A program made the translations under genes and the position numbers. From positions 256,001-320,000 of the forward strand of contig JBBRCZ010000001.1 of NCBI GenBank assembly GCA_038204425.1: a stretch of 64,000 nucleotides of DNA. The letters are read 5' to 3'. The notes beneath the pieces were generated by a model. The model was not told where the DNA came from, did not search any database, and saw only the letters and a list, made by a program, of their open reading frames with translations. This DNA comes from Spirochaetia bacterium. GTDB taxonomy: Bacteria > Spirochaetota > Spirochaetia > DSM-27196 > Salinispiraceae. Below, one piece after another: positions 38,581-48,847 of this stretch. Position 1 is the first letter of the stretch. Each line of letters begins with the position of its first letter.

Positions 38581-39569
38581 TGTGTGACTCCTTTTCTAGC
38601 TGGCAAGTTGAGCAACGGCACGGTGTTATCAAGGTTCTTGTCAATTAGAGTTGGTCTGTTTTCAGCGTTTGATTGGCCAAAAATTTCTTCCATCATCTCA
38701 TTGTAGAGCCGTATGCGCGTGTTGCTTGGGTCGGTCCTATATTGCGTAAGAACAGACAAGAAACGAGCAACATCACCAGTTGCCTTGTTTACACGTTCAG
38801 TAGCATAGCCCTGTGACTGTTGGATTACTTGCTGTGCCTCACCGCGTGCTTTGGGAATTTCAGAGTTAAACCTCTGTTTTCCTTCATTTATAAGCTTATT
38901 CATATCTTGTTGTGCGCGGTTAACATCGTCAAAGGCGTCAGAAACTTTTCCCTGGGGCGGAACAATACTTTGAAGTTTGACTTCATTAATCTTTACGCCC
39001 AATTCATACTTTTCGAACAAACCGTTCATTTTTGTAACGGCAAGATTCTCAATTTCGGTACGAGCCGGCCCAAGAATTGAAAATATAGTGCGGTCTCCAA
39101 CCAATTCATTGATAACTGACTGAGAAATATCCCTAATTGTCTGAACGCGGTTTTCAACCTTAAATAGCCACTGTAGAGGGTCATAGATATTGTATTGGAT
39201 TATCCATTGCATCTCAATAATGTTGAGGTCACCAGTTAGCATGATTGCTTCTTCTGGCATGGTTCGGCGAGCGTCAGCATTACCAGCCGCGCCTTGACCG
39301 CGAGAACCAAAAACCATGTTTTGAGTAATCTGCGTTGGCACATTATTGTTCTGTTCAATGCCAAAGGGCAATTTAAAATGCAAGCCTGCACCCACAACAC
39401 GATTAAACTTTCCAAATGTTGTAACGACAGATTCTTCAGATTGGTCGACGATAAATATGCTCGTAAAGGCACCTACGAGCACCAATACCACAAAGACGAC
39501 CACAATTATAAGCTTGACGCTAATCGGCGGTAGCTTAAATGGTACATTTCCTGACATGAAAGAGCCCAT
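38577..39569 (-). CDS. hflK: FtsH modulator HflK
   Basis: N-terminal TM, MLTGDLN, AFDDVNRAQQD, IPKARG. Confidence 0.93.
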   Translation of the reverse strand: MGSFMSGNVPFKLPPISVKLIIVVVFVVLVLVGAFTSIFIVDQSEESVVTTFGKFNRVVGAGLHFKLPFGIEQNNNVPTQITQNMVFGSRGQGAAGNADARRTMPEEAIMLTGDLNIIEMQWIIQYNIYDPLQWLFKVENRVQTIRDISQSVINELVGDRTIFSILGPARTEIENLAVTKMNGLFEKYELGVKINEVKLQSIVPPQGKVSDAFDDVNRAQQDMNKLINEGKQRFNSEIPKARGEAQQVIQQSQGYATERVNKATGDVARFLSVLTQYRTDPSNTRIRLYNEMMEEIFGQSNAENRPTLIDKNLDNTVPLLNLPARKGVTQ

Positions 39570-39629
39570 CCATCCTCCTCTTTTTTCATCAAAACAGGGT
39601 CTAAACCCACCCTAGATCAATGAGCTTAT

Positions 39630-39659
39630 AAGATACGCTCTGCGGATAGGTAGGGTCAA
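39630..39659 (-). promoter_or_regulatory. Sigma70-type promoter of hflKC
   Basis: TTGACC-N18-TATCTT. Confidence 0.5.
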
Positions 39660-39714
39660 GGACTCAAAATTACGATTACTTGCACTAGCAAGACCAATTT
39701 TACCAAAAAAATTC

Positions 39715-39743
39715 TTTTCATTTTATGGCAATCCGGCTACTAT
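39715..39743 (+). promoter_or_regulatory. Sigma70-type promoter of rpe; probable leaderless mRNA
   Basis: TTTTCA-N17-TACTAT, then 7 nt to ATG 39751; no SD. Confidence 0.55.
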
Positions 39744-39750
39744 CCTGTTT

Positions 39751-40410
39751 ATGAGACCGAGAAAGATCCGCATTAGCCCTTCAATTCTTAGCGCCGATTT
39801 CACAAGAATTCATGAGGCCGTCTATGCCATCGGGCGCACGAGTGCAGACATGATACATTGTGACGTAATGGACGGAGTCTTCGTCCCCAACTTAACTTTT
39901 GGTCCAAAAATGATTGCCGATATGCGATCGCAAACTTCTTTGCCACTCGATGTTCACCTTATGGTTGAACATCCAGAATCATGCTGGCGAGACTATGCTG
40001 ACGCTGGTGCTGATATAATTACTTTTCACCTAGAGGCATGTCGGCATGCACATCGGCTTATCCAAGCAATCAAAGACGCAAACATTAAAGTCGGAATTAG
40101 TCTTGTTCCGTCAACTCCCGTTTCACATTTGAGTGAGATTCTGAAAGATCTTGATCAAGTTCTCGTAATGAGTGTCAATCCGGGCTTTGGTGGTCAGATG
40201 TTTATTCAGGCATCAACGGATAGAATTTTTCAGCTCTGTCAACTGAGAAAAAATTTGGCTACTAACTTTGACATTTCCGTAGACGGTGGCATAAATCTTG
40301 AGACTGCAAGTCTTGTAAATCGAGCTGGTGCTGATATATTGGTAACGGGAAACGCTTTTTTTTCCGCTACTGACAAAGAGCACTTGATAGCCGGTCTGCG
40401 AAAAGCGTAA
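39751..40410 (+). CDS. rpe: Ribulose-phosphate 3-epimerase
   Basis: SPSILSAD, HCDVMDG, DVHLM, MSVNPGFGGQ, VDGG. Confidence 0.97.
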   Translation: MRPRKIRISPSILSADFTRIHEAVYAIGRTSADMIHCDVMDGVFVPNLTFGPKMIADMRSQTSLPLDVHLMVEHPESCWRDYADAGADIITFHLEACRHAHRLIQAIKDANIKVGISLVPSTPVSHLSEILKDLDQVLVMSVNPGFGGQMFIQASTDRIFQLCQLRKNLATNFDISVDGGINLETASLVNRAGADILVTGNAFFSATDKEHLIAGLRKA

Positions 40411-40469
40411 ATGTTTTGTTCTTGTCGAAACAAGAGGAACATCCGAAACTTAAAAAGGGGGCTCGGGTA

Positions 40470-41489
40470 ATGAAAATTCGTTTGTTCTTGATGGGGATAT
40501 TTTTTGTAGTAGCTTCAGCAGCATTGAATGCTCAGGCCATTCGCTCTGGATTGGATCAAGCCACCACCTTGCTAAATCAAGGCAAAGAGCTGATGCAGCA
40601 GGGAAAATACCAAGAGGCGCTCCCTGTCTTTAGGCAAGTTGTGCTTGTACCAGGACCGGCAACAAGCTATGGAGAAGCCTATTTTTATCTTGCCAAAACG
40701 CTTTTTGTACTCGCGCGAATCGACGAGTCGGCCAGGAACTTTGAATATTTTATTGATAACTATGCGGACAATAGCAACTTGCATGAAGCCCTTTACCTTA
40801 GAGCACGCATTCTGTACTTACAATCAGAGTTCAAGAACGCTGTTGAGGCTTTTGCCTATTTTATAGAAAAGTTTCCGAAATCCATTTTTGTAGCCAATGG
40901 CTACTACTGGACCGGTGAGGCACTTTATTCTCTTGGTCAATTTGATGAAGCACGAAAAATGTTTTTATCAGTTGTTCAAAACTTTCCAAATGGTGCTCGC
41001 ATTGAAGCTGCACGTTATCGACTCTCACTTATAGAACTCAGAAAACGAGAAACTCAGCTGCTTGAGCTGGTAAAGTGGAGTCATCAAGAAAATATTAAAA
41101 ATCTTGAAGATTTTCAGACAAGGGAAAAAACCTACGAAGAAGCGATCCGCTCTTATCAACGAAAATTGGCAAGTTTGGCCAGCGAAGATTTTAAAGATGA
41201 AATTACCAGTCTACAAAAAAAGCTATTGGATGCAGAGACAAAAATACCGGCCTTTGATTCCAGAATCAACGATCTAAACGCCCAATTAAGAAAAAGTCAG
41301 TCTGACGCCATTTCAATGAGACAGTCATATAGTTTAGCGCAGGAGAGACTTAAAGCACTAGAAACGCAATTACAAAAGCCCTTCGCCGAAGCTATGCTGG
41401 ACTTAGAAAGGCAAAAACGTCTATTGGAAGCTAAAGAAGAAGCACTTAAGCTCAAAGAAGCGTCGCTATTGCAAGGAAATATACCGTGA
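40470..41489 (+). CDS. Exported TPR protein with C-terminal coiled coil
   Basis: Signal peptide from ATG 40470; four BamD/YbgF-like TPR repeats; heptad-rich tail. Confidence 0.8.
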   Translation: MKIRLFLMGIFFVVASAALNAQAIRSGLDQATTLLNQGKELMQQGKYQEALPVFRQVVLVPGPATSYGEAYFYLAKTLFVLARIDESARNFEYFIDNYADNSNLHEALYLRARILYLQSEFKNAVEAFAYFIEKFPKSIFVANGYYWTGEALYSLGQFDEARKMFLSVVQNFPNGARIEAARYRLSLIELRKRETQLLELVKWSHQENIKNLEDFQTREKTYEEAIRSYQRKLASLASEDFKDEITSLQKKLLDAETKIPAFDSRINDLNAQLRKSQSDAISMRQSYSLAQERLKALETQLQKPFAEAMLDLERQKRLLEAKEEALKLKEASLLQGNIP

Positions 41490-42514
41490 ATAAGTACTTG
41501 GTAGGCCTACTCGCCGGCCTCCAGTTCCTTTGTTCACTTGTTGTGGTCGACGCTCAGTCTAGCAAGTTGTTTTCTTTGTCATTTGACGACTTCGGTGGTT
41601 TCTTTTTTTCAAATTTATACAACCAAGGCGAAAACCAAACTTCATTTCTAAATCCTTCAAACCGAAGACCTGCTACTTTTTACATTCGAGTCAATGGTCA
41701 CAGCCAAGCGGTTCGTTTAGTCAAACGCAGTTTTGCTGCTAGCAATAGCACCAAAATTGTTGGGCCTGAGTTTCAGACTGACACGATATCTTTTAAACCG
41801 CTTTTGTTCAGAAGTCCAAAAGTTGATGGCTTGCTTGGTTTGCGCTATGACGTTAAAAATGAGAGTGGCGCAAGCATTATTGTCAGTATGGTGCTGATTC
41901 TTGATACCTGGTTTGGCGAAGCCAGTGGCGTGCATTTTGTCTTGCTAGACGAAAACTCACGAGCTTCTATCACCACAGAAACAACTTTGAATGACAGTAA
42001 TACCTTGAGGCTTTTGCTATCTAGTAACAGTGATGCTAACAACGTGTTTTCTATGCTTTTTCCAAGTCAAGGGTCAGATTTTAGTGGTATGACCAAGGTG
42101 ACACTGGCCAACTATGAAAAATTGATTCGATCGCCTTTTACGGTCGAGACTGGCGAGGGCTCCACCTTTAACCTTTTGCCTTTCTCAATAAATGATTCTG
42201 CGATCCGAGTTTTTTTTGGCGATATCATAATTCCACCAGGCGGAAGCGTTTCGCGTTATATCATCCTTTCTGACAAAATTTCACTTGAACCCAAGACTGT
42301 TGAGAACATAAAAATATTGTTTACTGAAGACGCAGCGCCAGCTATCGTTAACCAAACTGGCAACGCGGGCAATCCAAATACTGATACTAGTCTTACCAGT
42401 CGCACAAGTGTAGATGAAATCCTAAAAGAAATTGATCAATTGCAGTCGAGACCAAACTACTCGCAAGCAGAGCTCGAACGACTATTGAGAAGGCTGCAGG
42501 GTGCACAACGCTAA
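41486..42514 (+). CDS. Exported hypothetical protein
   Basis: 342-aa ORF with a signal peptide (VDA); GTGA-like overlap with the upstream stop. Confidence 0.75.
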   Translation: MNKYLVGLLAGLQFLCSLVVVDAQSSKLFSLSFDDFGGFFFSNLYNQGENQTSFLNPSNRRPATFYIRVNGHSQAVRLVKRSFAASNSTKIVGPEFQTDTISFKPLLFRSPKVDGLLGLRYDVKNESGASIIVSMVLILDTWFGEASGVHFVLLDENSRASITTETTLNDSNTLRLLLSSNSDANNVFSMLFPSQGSDFSGMTKVTLANYEKLIRSPFTVETGEGSTFNLLPFSINDSAIRVFFGDIIIPPGGSVSRYIILSDKISLEPKTVENIKILFTEDAAPAIVNQTGNAGNPNTDTSLTSRTSVDEILKEIDQLQSRPNYSQAELERLLRRLQGAQR

Positions 42515-42541
42515 TGGTCTTGGGAATATGAGCTATTTATC

Positions 42542-43690
42542 ATGAATGTAGCCGACGATGAACTTAAAACCGCAAAAAAGCTCTACCAGCAAAAAAAATT
42601 TTCAGAACTCATAAAGCTTTTGGCATCGCATGTATTTATATACCGCCAAGTGGCTGAATATTTTAAATTAATTGGGCTTGCTTCCTTACAACTTAACGAT
42701 TTTGCAGGAGCGCATTCTTATCTACTGCGTGCCAACGACTTAAAGCCAGAGTGTTTTGAAGTCCAAACCGGTCTAGCCTGTACTTTTCTACAAAGACGAG
42801 ACGAGACCAACGCAGTGAGTATTTTGCTAAAACTTCAGGAACAAAAGCGTCATAAGGCTTTTGCTGAAAATTTTCTAAATTTCATTCGTAACCACTCTGG
42901 CGCCGATTGGAGCAAACTGGCTCAATCGGATCAGCTGGCTGATTTTTTTCCCCACATATCCTTTAATCTGATGCGCTTTTTGGTGCAACATCATTTGGCA
43001 GTGTGGTCAGGCATAAGTGCTGTTGCCGTCTTGGTGACAGTTTTGAGCATAGTCAATCTTGAGCAACAAGCATCGGATAGGTTTAGGGACATAACGCTAA
43101 AGCAGAATTTGGACCCAGCGCTTTTGAAAGAAAGCGAAGCTAAGCTGCTATCTACTGACGAGCTGTTTTCTAAGTTAAAGTATGCAATTCCAATTACGCA
43201 ACTCAATCAGACAGAGCAGAACAAGCTTTTTGCAGATACAAGCAACTATTTTAACCAATACCGAGACAATCTTGCCCGACAAAGTGCTAACAAAATTCTC
43301 CTCGCAAATGCTAACGATGTTTTGGTGCAAAAGCTCAAGCAGCTGACCATCTACTTTCGTGAACCAAATTTTGTCAACTTTCGAGACAATGTTGACTACA
43401 AAGACTTAGTCAAAGCACCTTGGTACTTTGCTGGCTGTTATGTGCGCTGGACAGGGAAGGTTAGTAATCTTTTAGTAAAAGAAGATCAAATATCTTTCAC
43501 CCTCTTGAAGGGCTACGAGAAGGGGCGACTGGTAGAAGCTGAAGTTGATGTTAAGCTCTACTTTCCTATCCAGCTTTATAACGACGCCGCCATTGAGCTG
43601 ATTGGCCAAGTTAATCTTGATCGAATCACCAAAGGGTTGTTCTTTCTCAAGGCTATCTCAATCCGCCAAATTCGACCGTCTGTTCTATGA
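42542..43690 (+). CDS. Membrane-anchored protein with N-terminal TPR-like helices and C-terminal beta domain
   Basis: 382-aa ORF with one central TM segment. Confidence 0.7.
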   Translation: MNVADDELKTAKKLYQQKKFSELIKLLASHVFIYRQVAEYFKLIGLASLQLNDFAGAHSYLLRANDLKPECFEVQTGLACTFLQRRDETNAVSILLKLQEQKRHKAFAENFLNFIRNHSGADWSKLAQSDQLADFFPHISFNLMRFLVQHHLAVWSGISAVAVLVTVLSIVNLEQQASDRFRDITLKQNLDPALLKESEAKLLSTDELFSKLKYAIPITQLNQTEQNKLFADTSNYFNQYRDNLARQSANKILLANANDVLVQKLKQLTIYFREPNFVNFRDNVDYKDLVKAPWYFAGCYVRWTGKVSNLLVKEDQISFTLLKGYEKGRLVEAEVDVKLYFPIQLYNDAAIELIGQVNLDRITKGLFFLKAISIRQIRPSVL

Positions 43691-43728
43691 CGCAGATGGT
43701 AACGAGCCAGTGAGCTCCAATTTTTTTC

Positions 43729-44832
43729 TTAAAAGAAGAGCTTCAAACCGCCAAAATAATTGTCCACATCAAAGTCGTCAAAGAACGGTGTCAGTGATTT
43801 TTGTTGGTGCACGCGCATAATTAACTCGGCCGCGAGTTTTGCAGCTGATACTACATGCAGGTAAGGCATTTGGCTGCGAACATAGTCAGTAATTTCAATG
43901 CTGTCGGTTGCCACAACGTTGTTCAACAAACCCTCTTGATAGAGCTGATTGAGTCGCTTAATCGCAGGGTCGGAGAAAACAGCGTGTACAATCGCAATAT
44001 TAACTTTAGCAACTTTTCTATTCTTTAGCTCTTTGACAAGTGCATACACAGAACCTGCCGTGTCAATCATGTCATCAACAATCCAAATTTCTTTTCCTTC
44101 AAGTGCGATGTCAGAAAGTATACGAATTGACTCCACGGTGTTCTGTTGATTGTAGTCACGTTGTTTGTGTGCAATCACTAAGGGTGCGCCAAAGGCCTCA
44201 GCATACTTTTTTGCAAGCTTCTCACCACCTGCGTCAACCGAGCAAAAAGCCCAGTTGGAACGAACATGGTTACGTAGATTTTCTTGGTCACCTATAAACT
44301 GACTTGCAATAAACTCCTTTACCAAGGGAGTCGCTGGCACATCGTCAATTGCACATAAGAGCGGATCAATCGCTGATCTACTTTTGTCGGAATGTAGTTG
44401 AAAAGTTATAATATGATCAACACCGAGACTAATCAGCGTTTTAGTGTGAACCCAAAAGCCAACCGAGTTGCGTCGTGTGGTTCTATCTGAACGGCTTGAG
44501 CTAAAGAATGGTTCTACCAAGGTAATTCGCCCGGCATCTGACCGCTTGATAGCATCAACAGCGTGGTAGAGCTCCATCTTATTTTCATCAAGTGGAATGC
44601 CTTGAGAATTTCTACCCGCGCCAGCAATTAAGAAAACGTCTTTGCCACGAAGCGACGAAAGTATTTCAACTTCCATTTCGCCGTCAGCAAATTTTACACA
44701 ACGCATCTTGCCGATAAAGTCCTTGGCATATGATTTGTTGTGGAGTTCTGGAAAACTTAGTAGTTGATAGGCAACCTTCGATGCAAAATCAGTCATCGAG
44801 CGGGTCGCAAGCACAAGTAAATCGCCTCTCAT
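43729..44832 (-). CDS. prs: Ribose-phosphate pyrophosphokinase
   Basis: FADGE, SVDAGG, IVDDMIDTAGS PRPP loop. Confidence 0.92.
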   Translation of the reverse strand: MRGDLLVLATRSMTDFASKVAYQLLSFPELHNKSYAKDFIGKMRCVKFADGEMEVEILSSLRGKDVFLIAGAGRNSQGIPLDENKMELYHAVDAIKRSDAGRITLVEPFFSSSRSDRTTRRNSVGFWVHTKTLISLGVDHIITFQLHSDKSRSAIDPLLCAIDDVPATPLVKEFIASQFIGDQENLRNHVRSNWAFCSVDAGGEKLAKKYAEAFGAPLVIAHKQRDYNQQNTVESIRILSDIALEGKEIWIVDDMIDTAGSVYALVKELKNRKVAKVNIAIVHAVFSDPAIKRLNQLYQEGLLNNVVATDSIEITDYVRSQMPYLHVVSAAKLAAELIMRVHQQKSLTPFFDDFDVDNYFGGLKLFF

Positions 44833-44843
44833 AATTGTTGGTC

Positions 44844-44872
44844 ATTGTAGAGAATTGTTAGCGATTTGTCAA
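44844..44872 (-). promoter_or_regulatory. Near-consensus sigma70 promoter of prs
   Basis: TTGACA-N17-TACAAT, 11 nt before the ATG. Confidence 0.75.
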
Positions 44873-44901
44873 AAGGCTTGTTATTGAGAAAGTTTGCTCG
44901 C

Positions 44902-44931
44902 TTGACGACAAAATTGGCCTATCGGTATACT
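44902..44931 (+). promoter_or_regulatory. Sigma70 promoter of recA
   Basis: TTGACG-N18-TATACT; GGAGG SD downstream. Confidence 0.7.
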
Positions 44932-44996
44932 GATAAAATCCGCAGTCGTTCCGGCCGCGTATTATATCAGCAGAGTAACTAGGCCGGGGAGGAATC

Positions 44997-46181
44997 ATGG
45001 CAAAGAAAGAAATGAAAGAAGCAGTACAGGTTGTAACTGTTGGAGCGGAAAAAGTTAAGGCACTTGAGGTTGCTCGTTCGCATATTGAGCAGCAGTTTGG
45101 CAAGGGCGCATTGATGAAGCTAGGGTCGGGTAATCAAAATCTTAACATTGAAGTCATATCCTCAGGAGCAATCGCAATTGACGAGGCTCTTGGTGTAGGT
45201 GGGTTTCCTAGGGGAAGAATAATTGAAATCTTTGGTCCAGAGTCTTCTGGAAAAACAACTTTGGCATTGCATGTTGTAGCCGAAGCACAAAAACAAGGTG
45301 GTATTGCCGCTTTTATTGATGCAGAACATGCACTTGATCCTGTCTATGCCAAAAATCTTGGCGTAAACACTGAGGAGCTGTGGGTTTCGCAACCTGACAA
45401 CGGAGAACAAGCGCTTGAAATAGCTGAAAGCTTAGTTAGGTCCGGCGCTGTGGATGTAATTGTGGTGGATTCTGTAGCTGCTCTTGTTCCACAGGCCGAA
45501 ATTCAAGGCGAGATGGGCGACAGTCACGTTGGCTTGCAAGCAAGATTGATGAGTCAGGCGCTGCGTAAACTCACTGGCACTATTTCAAAATCAGGCACGT
45601 GCCTTATTTTTATCAATCAAATCCGCATGAAGATTGGTGTCATGTTTGGGAATCCCGAGACTACTACAGGCGGCAACGCGCTTAAGTTCTATGCCTCAGT
45701 GAGAGTTGAGGTAAGACGGGTAGAAACGATTACGCAAGGCGCGGACAACGCGGTTGGTAATCATGTTAGAGTCAAGATTGTAAAAAATAAGGTTTCACCG
45801 CCCTTCAAAAAGGTAGATGTGGACATATTTTTTGGAAAAGGCATTTCTGCTTTATCTAGTTTGATTGATATTGCAGTTGCTCACGAATTGATACAAAAGA
45901 GTGGTAGTTGGTATTCCTATGGAGAGGAACGTATTGGTCAGGGAAAAGACAATGCGCGCGAATTTTTGGAAAAGAATCCAACTATAGCAGCAGAAATAGA
46001 CAAAACTCTGCGTTTGAAGCTTTTTCCTTATCATTACAATAAAGAAGGCATTGCTAAACATGCGTCTAGTGACAACCTGCAAGAAAAGTCTCCGCCGAAG
46101 GCGCCTAGTGCGGGTGCAAACGCCAAGGCCACTGTTGCAAAGTCGCTTGAGTCAGCTGCACCGAGTGAGGACCTTTTCTGA
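44997..46181 (+). CDS. recA: Recombinase RecA
   Basis: [35 protein letters not shown]. Confidence 0.99.
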   Translation: MAKKEMKEAVQVVTVGAEKVKALEVARSHIEQQFGKGALMKLGSGNQNLNIEVISSGAIAIDEALGVGGFPRGRIIEIFGPESSGKTTLALHVVAEAQKQGGIAAFIDAEHALDPVYAKNLGVNTEELWVSQPDNGEQALEIAESLVRSGAVDVIVVDSVAALVPQAEIQGEMGDSHVGLQARLMSQALRKLTGTISKSGTCLIFINQIRMKIGVMFGNPETTTGGNALKFYASVRVEVRRVETITQGADNAVGNHVRVKIVKNKVSPPFKKVDVDIFFGKGISALSSLIDIAVAHELIQKSGSWYSYGEERIGQGKDNAREFLEKNPTIAAEIDKTLRLKLFPYHYNKEGIAKHASSDNLQEKSPPKAPSAGANAKATVAKSLESAAPSEDLF

Positions 46182-46687
46182 TACAAAGCGAGCAAACCGT
46201 ATTCATTGGAATTGGTGGAAACCTAAAAACAAGTGGCCTGGCCATTGCCGCAGCTTTGACAAAATTCAAAGCTGACGGTTTTCTTTTGAAAGTATCTTCT
46301 CTCTATAAGTCCGCTCCGCAAGACTATCTTGAACAAGATGATTTTCTAAACTGCGTAGCAAAACTACACTGGCAAACTAACTCTGTTGATTTGCTGGAGT
46401 ATCTACAATCGATCGAATACGCTGCAGGTCGAAGGCGGAGTGAGCAAATAGCAAAGGGTCCTCGTGTTCTTGACCTTGATATTCTTTTATTTGGTGACCA
46501 AATTATTGATACTGAGAGACTGAAAGTTCCCCATAAACAGATGCACCAGCGACGCTTTGTGCTTGAGCCACTGCTTGAGCTGGCAGCGGATATCAAAGAT
46601 CCTGTTTCAAAAAGGCAGTACAAGAACTTCCTCGAAGCCTGTGCAAGTCAAGCTATTTACTCAAAACGGAGCATTCTGGTACACTGA
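46178..46687 (+). CDS. folK: 6-hydroxymethyl-7,8-dihydropterin pyrophosphokinase (probable CTG start)
   Basis: VFIGIGGNL lies upstream of the ORF-track start; [30 protein letters not shown]. Confidence 0.9.
   Translation: MIQSEQTVFIGIGGNLKTSGLAIAAALTKFKADGFLLKVSSLYKSAPQDYLEQDDFLNCVAKLHWQTNSVDLLEYLQSIEYAAGRRRSEQIAKGPRVLDLDILLFGDQIIDTERLKVPHKQMHQRRFVLEPLLELAADIKDPVSKRQYKNFLEACASQAIYSKRSILVH
46656..46685 (+). promoter_or_regulatory. Internal sigma70-type promoter for scpAB
   Basis: TTTACT-N18-(TGg)TACACT, 11 nt before ATG 46697. Confidence 0.45.
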
Positions 46688-46696
46688 TCCACTCGT

Positions 46697-47494
46697 ATGA
46701 AAAACACAGCAGAAATAGATCAAGAAAAGTCTGAGGGCGATTCCTATCGCATTCACCTGCAAGAATTTGAGGGGCCGCTAGACTTACTGCTTTTTCTTAT
46801 TAAAAAAAACGAAGTAAACATCTACGATATACCGATTTCGCGCATCACAGAACAGTATCTTTTATACATTAAGTTCAATACGCGCGTTGATTTAGAAAAT
46901 ATAACTGAGTTCTACCTGATGGCAGCGACTCTGATCTACGTTAAATCAAGAATGCTGCTTCCAGTAGAAGTTGATCTTGAACAAGAAATGGATGACCCAC
47001 GAAAAGAGTTGGTCGAGCGCCTAATTGAGTATCAAAAATATAAAAAGTTGTCGCAGCTGATGTCAGAAAAAGAAGAAGAGGCTGAGTGGTACATTGAACG
47101 CAGAAAACTGCAACAACCATTCAATTTTGCCGACGACCAACAGTTATGGGAGCAGATTGAGGTCTGGGATCTACTGAAGACTTTCTCAAGTGTCATGAAG
47201 GGATTAAGTCCCGAGCGAATCATCAACCTTTACGAAGAGGTTTCGGTTAATGAAAAAATCAGTTTGATCAATGAGCTCTTGGAACTAAAAGGGTTTTTAC
47301 TCTTTACTGAGTTGATTACCAGGTCTGAGTCGTTGATGGAAATTATTTGCGCCTTTTTGGCCGTTCTTGAGTGCGTTAAAGTGCGAAGAATTAGAATTCT
47401 ACAAAACAAAATTTTTGGGGATATTCGCATAGAGGCCCGGGCGCAAGAATTGCACGATACTGAATATACTGAGGTACCTGGAGAGGAGGAATGA
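46697..47494 (+). CDS. scpA: Segregation and condensation protein A
   Basis: FEGPLDLLL, KSRMLLP, FLAVLE. Confidence 0.95.
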   Translation: MKNTAEIDQEKSEGDSYRIHLQEFEGPLDLLLFLIKKNEVNIYDIPISRITEQYLLYIKFNTRVDLENITEFYLMAATLIYVKSRMLLPVEVDLEQEMDDPRKELVERLIEYQKYKKLSQLMSEKEEEAEWYIERRKLQQPFNFADDQQLWEQIEVWDLLKTFSSVMKGLSPERIINLYEEVSVNEKISLINELLELKGFLLFTELITRSESLMEIICAFLAVLECVKVRRIRILQNKIFGDIRIEARAQELHDTEYTEVPGEEE

Positions 47495-48027
47495 AACTGG
47501 AAAAGGAAATGGCAATTCTCGAAGCGCTTCTGTTTCTTGAAAACGAAGCTGTTGACAGCAAAACACTTTCGAGGTTAAGTGGCATTCCACTTCAAGCGGT
47601 TGAGCAAATTCTGGTGCAGATCAAAGAGCACTTTGACTTGGAACAACATGGAATCGAGTTAGTACAACTGGGAAGCGGCTATACCTTTGCTCCCAAAAAA
47701 GACCTTTGGGAAAATTTAAAGGACCGATACGGAAAAAAGAACGAACAGAAGCTTTCTAAAGCTTCGATGGAAACATTGTCTATAATTGCCTACTCCCAAC
47801 CAGTAACAAGGCCCGAGATTGATAGTATACGGGGCGTTTCTTCAGACGGGAGCATAAAAATGCTCTTGATGCGAAATTTGGTTCAAGAGGTTGGCAAGAA
47901 AGACGCACCAGGCAGACCGATCCAGTATGGGACAACACGGGAATTTCTTAAAGTTTTTAGACTTACAAGCATTTCTGAACTACCAAAACTTGGGGATATT
48001 GAAAGGGAAAGATTTGAACTCAATTGA
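47491..48027 (+). CDS. scpB: Segregation and condensation protein B
   Basis: LEALLF, ETLSIIAYSQP, IRGV, GRP..YGTT. Confidence 0.95.
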   Translation: MKLEKEMAILEALLFLENEAVDSKTLSRLSGIPLQAVEQILVQIKEHFDLEQHGIELVQLGSGYTFAPKKDLWENLKDRYGKKNEQKLSKASMETLSIIAYSQPVTRPEIDSIRGVSSDGSIKMLLMRNLVQEVGKKDAPGRPIQYGTTREFLKVFRLTSISELPKLGDIERERFELN

Positions 48028-48847
48028 CGACGAAGGAAATGACTTTGAAGCAACAAAACAAGAATTGGTAAAAAAAGACTGGGATTTCAAGAAAGAAGAA
48101 ATCGAAGACAATCTTCAGTCAATTAGACTGCAAGTGTATCTGTCACATGCCGGTATCTCTTCGAGACGGGCAGCTGAAGAAATCATTGAATCCGGAAAAG
48201 TACGCGTTAACGGTAAAATCATCAAAGAACGCGGTCACCGTGTGCTTACCAGCGATGAAGTCCGTCTCGATGGTAAAATTATCCATCTTGTCCAAAAAAA
48301 AATATACGTCGCTCTCAACAAACCCGAAATGTTTGTTTGCACTAACGACGATCCGGAAAACAGGAGTCTGGCTGTTGATCTCATCCATAGTTATCACGAT
48401 TTGAGACTATTCTCTGTTGGCAGACTAGACTTTCTGTCTTCAGGTTTGATCATTTATACCAATGATGGCAATTTTGCCAACACGGTTGCACATCCGCGAT
48501 CAGGAATCGAAAAAGAGTATGAGATTGAAGCTCGAAAAGAAATCACTGATGACTTCCTCAATGAATTTGTAAAGGGTATCCATGCTGCTGGTGAGAAGTA
48601 CCAAATCAAATCATACAAAAAGTTAGCTCCTCGTAAGGTTTCGCTTGTACTCACTGAAGGAAAAAATCGAGAAATTCGCAATGCTTGTGCAGCCCGTAAG
48701 GTAACTATAAAGTCACTAAAAAGAGTACGTATAGGAACCTTAAAAATAGGAAATCTCGCGCTTGGCGCCTACCGTTTGCTCAGCCAGTCTGAATTAGAAT
48801 GGTTTATGTCCCAATCAAAGAAGGGAAGTCATGGTCGTCGCCATTGA
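48014..48847 (+). CDS. rluB: rRNA pseudouridine synthase (RluB/RsuA family)
   Basis: S4 domain SRRAAE, NKP, VGRLD, EGKNREIR. Start uncertain. Confidence 0.88.
   Translation: MNSIDDEGNDFEATKQELVKKDWDFKKEEIEDNLQSIRLQVYLSHAGISSRRAAEEIIESGKVRVNGKIIKERGHRVLTSDEVRLDGKIIHLVQKKIYVALNKPEMFVCTNDDPENRSLAVDLIHSYHDLRLFSVGRLDFLSSGLIIYTNDGNFANTVAHPRSGIEKEYEIEARKEITDDFLNEFVKGIHAAGEKYQIKSYKKLAPRKVSLVLTEGKNREIRNACAARKVTIKSLKRVRIGTLKIGNLALGAYRLLSQSELEWFMSQSKKGSHGRRH

Noticed and set aside
44858..45103. 81-aa Cys-containing minus-strand ORF
   Set aside because: It overlaps the recA start and promoters and has no SD or recognisable motif.
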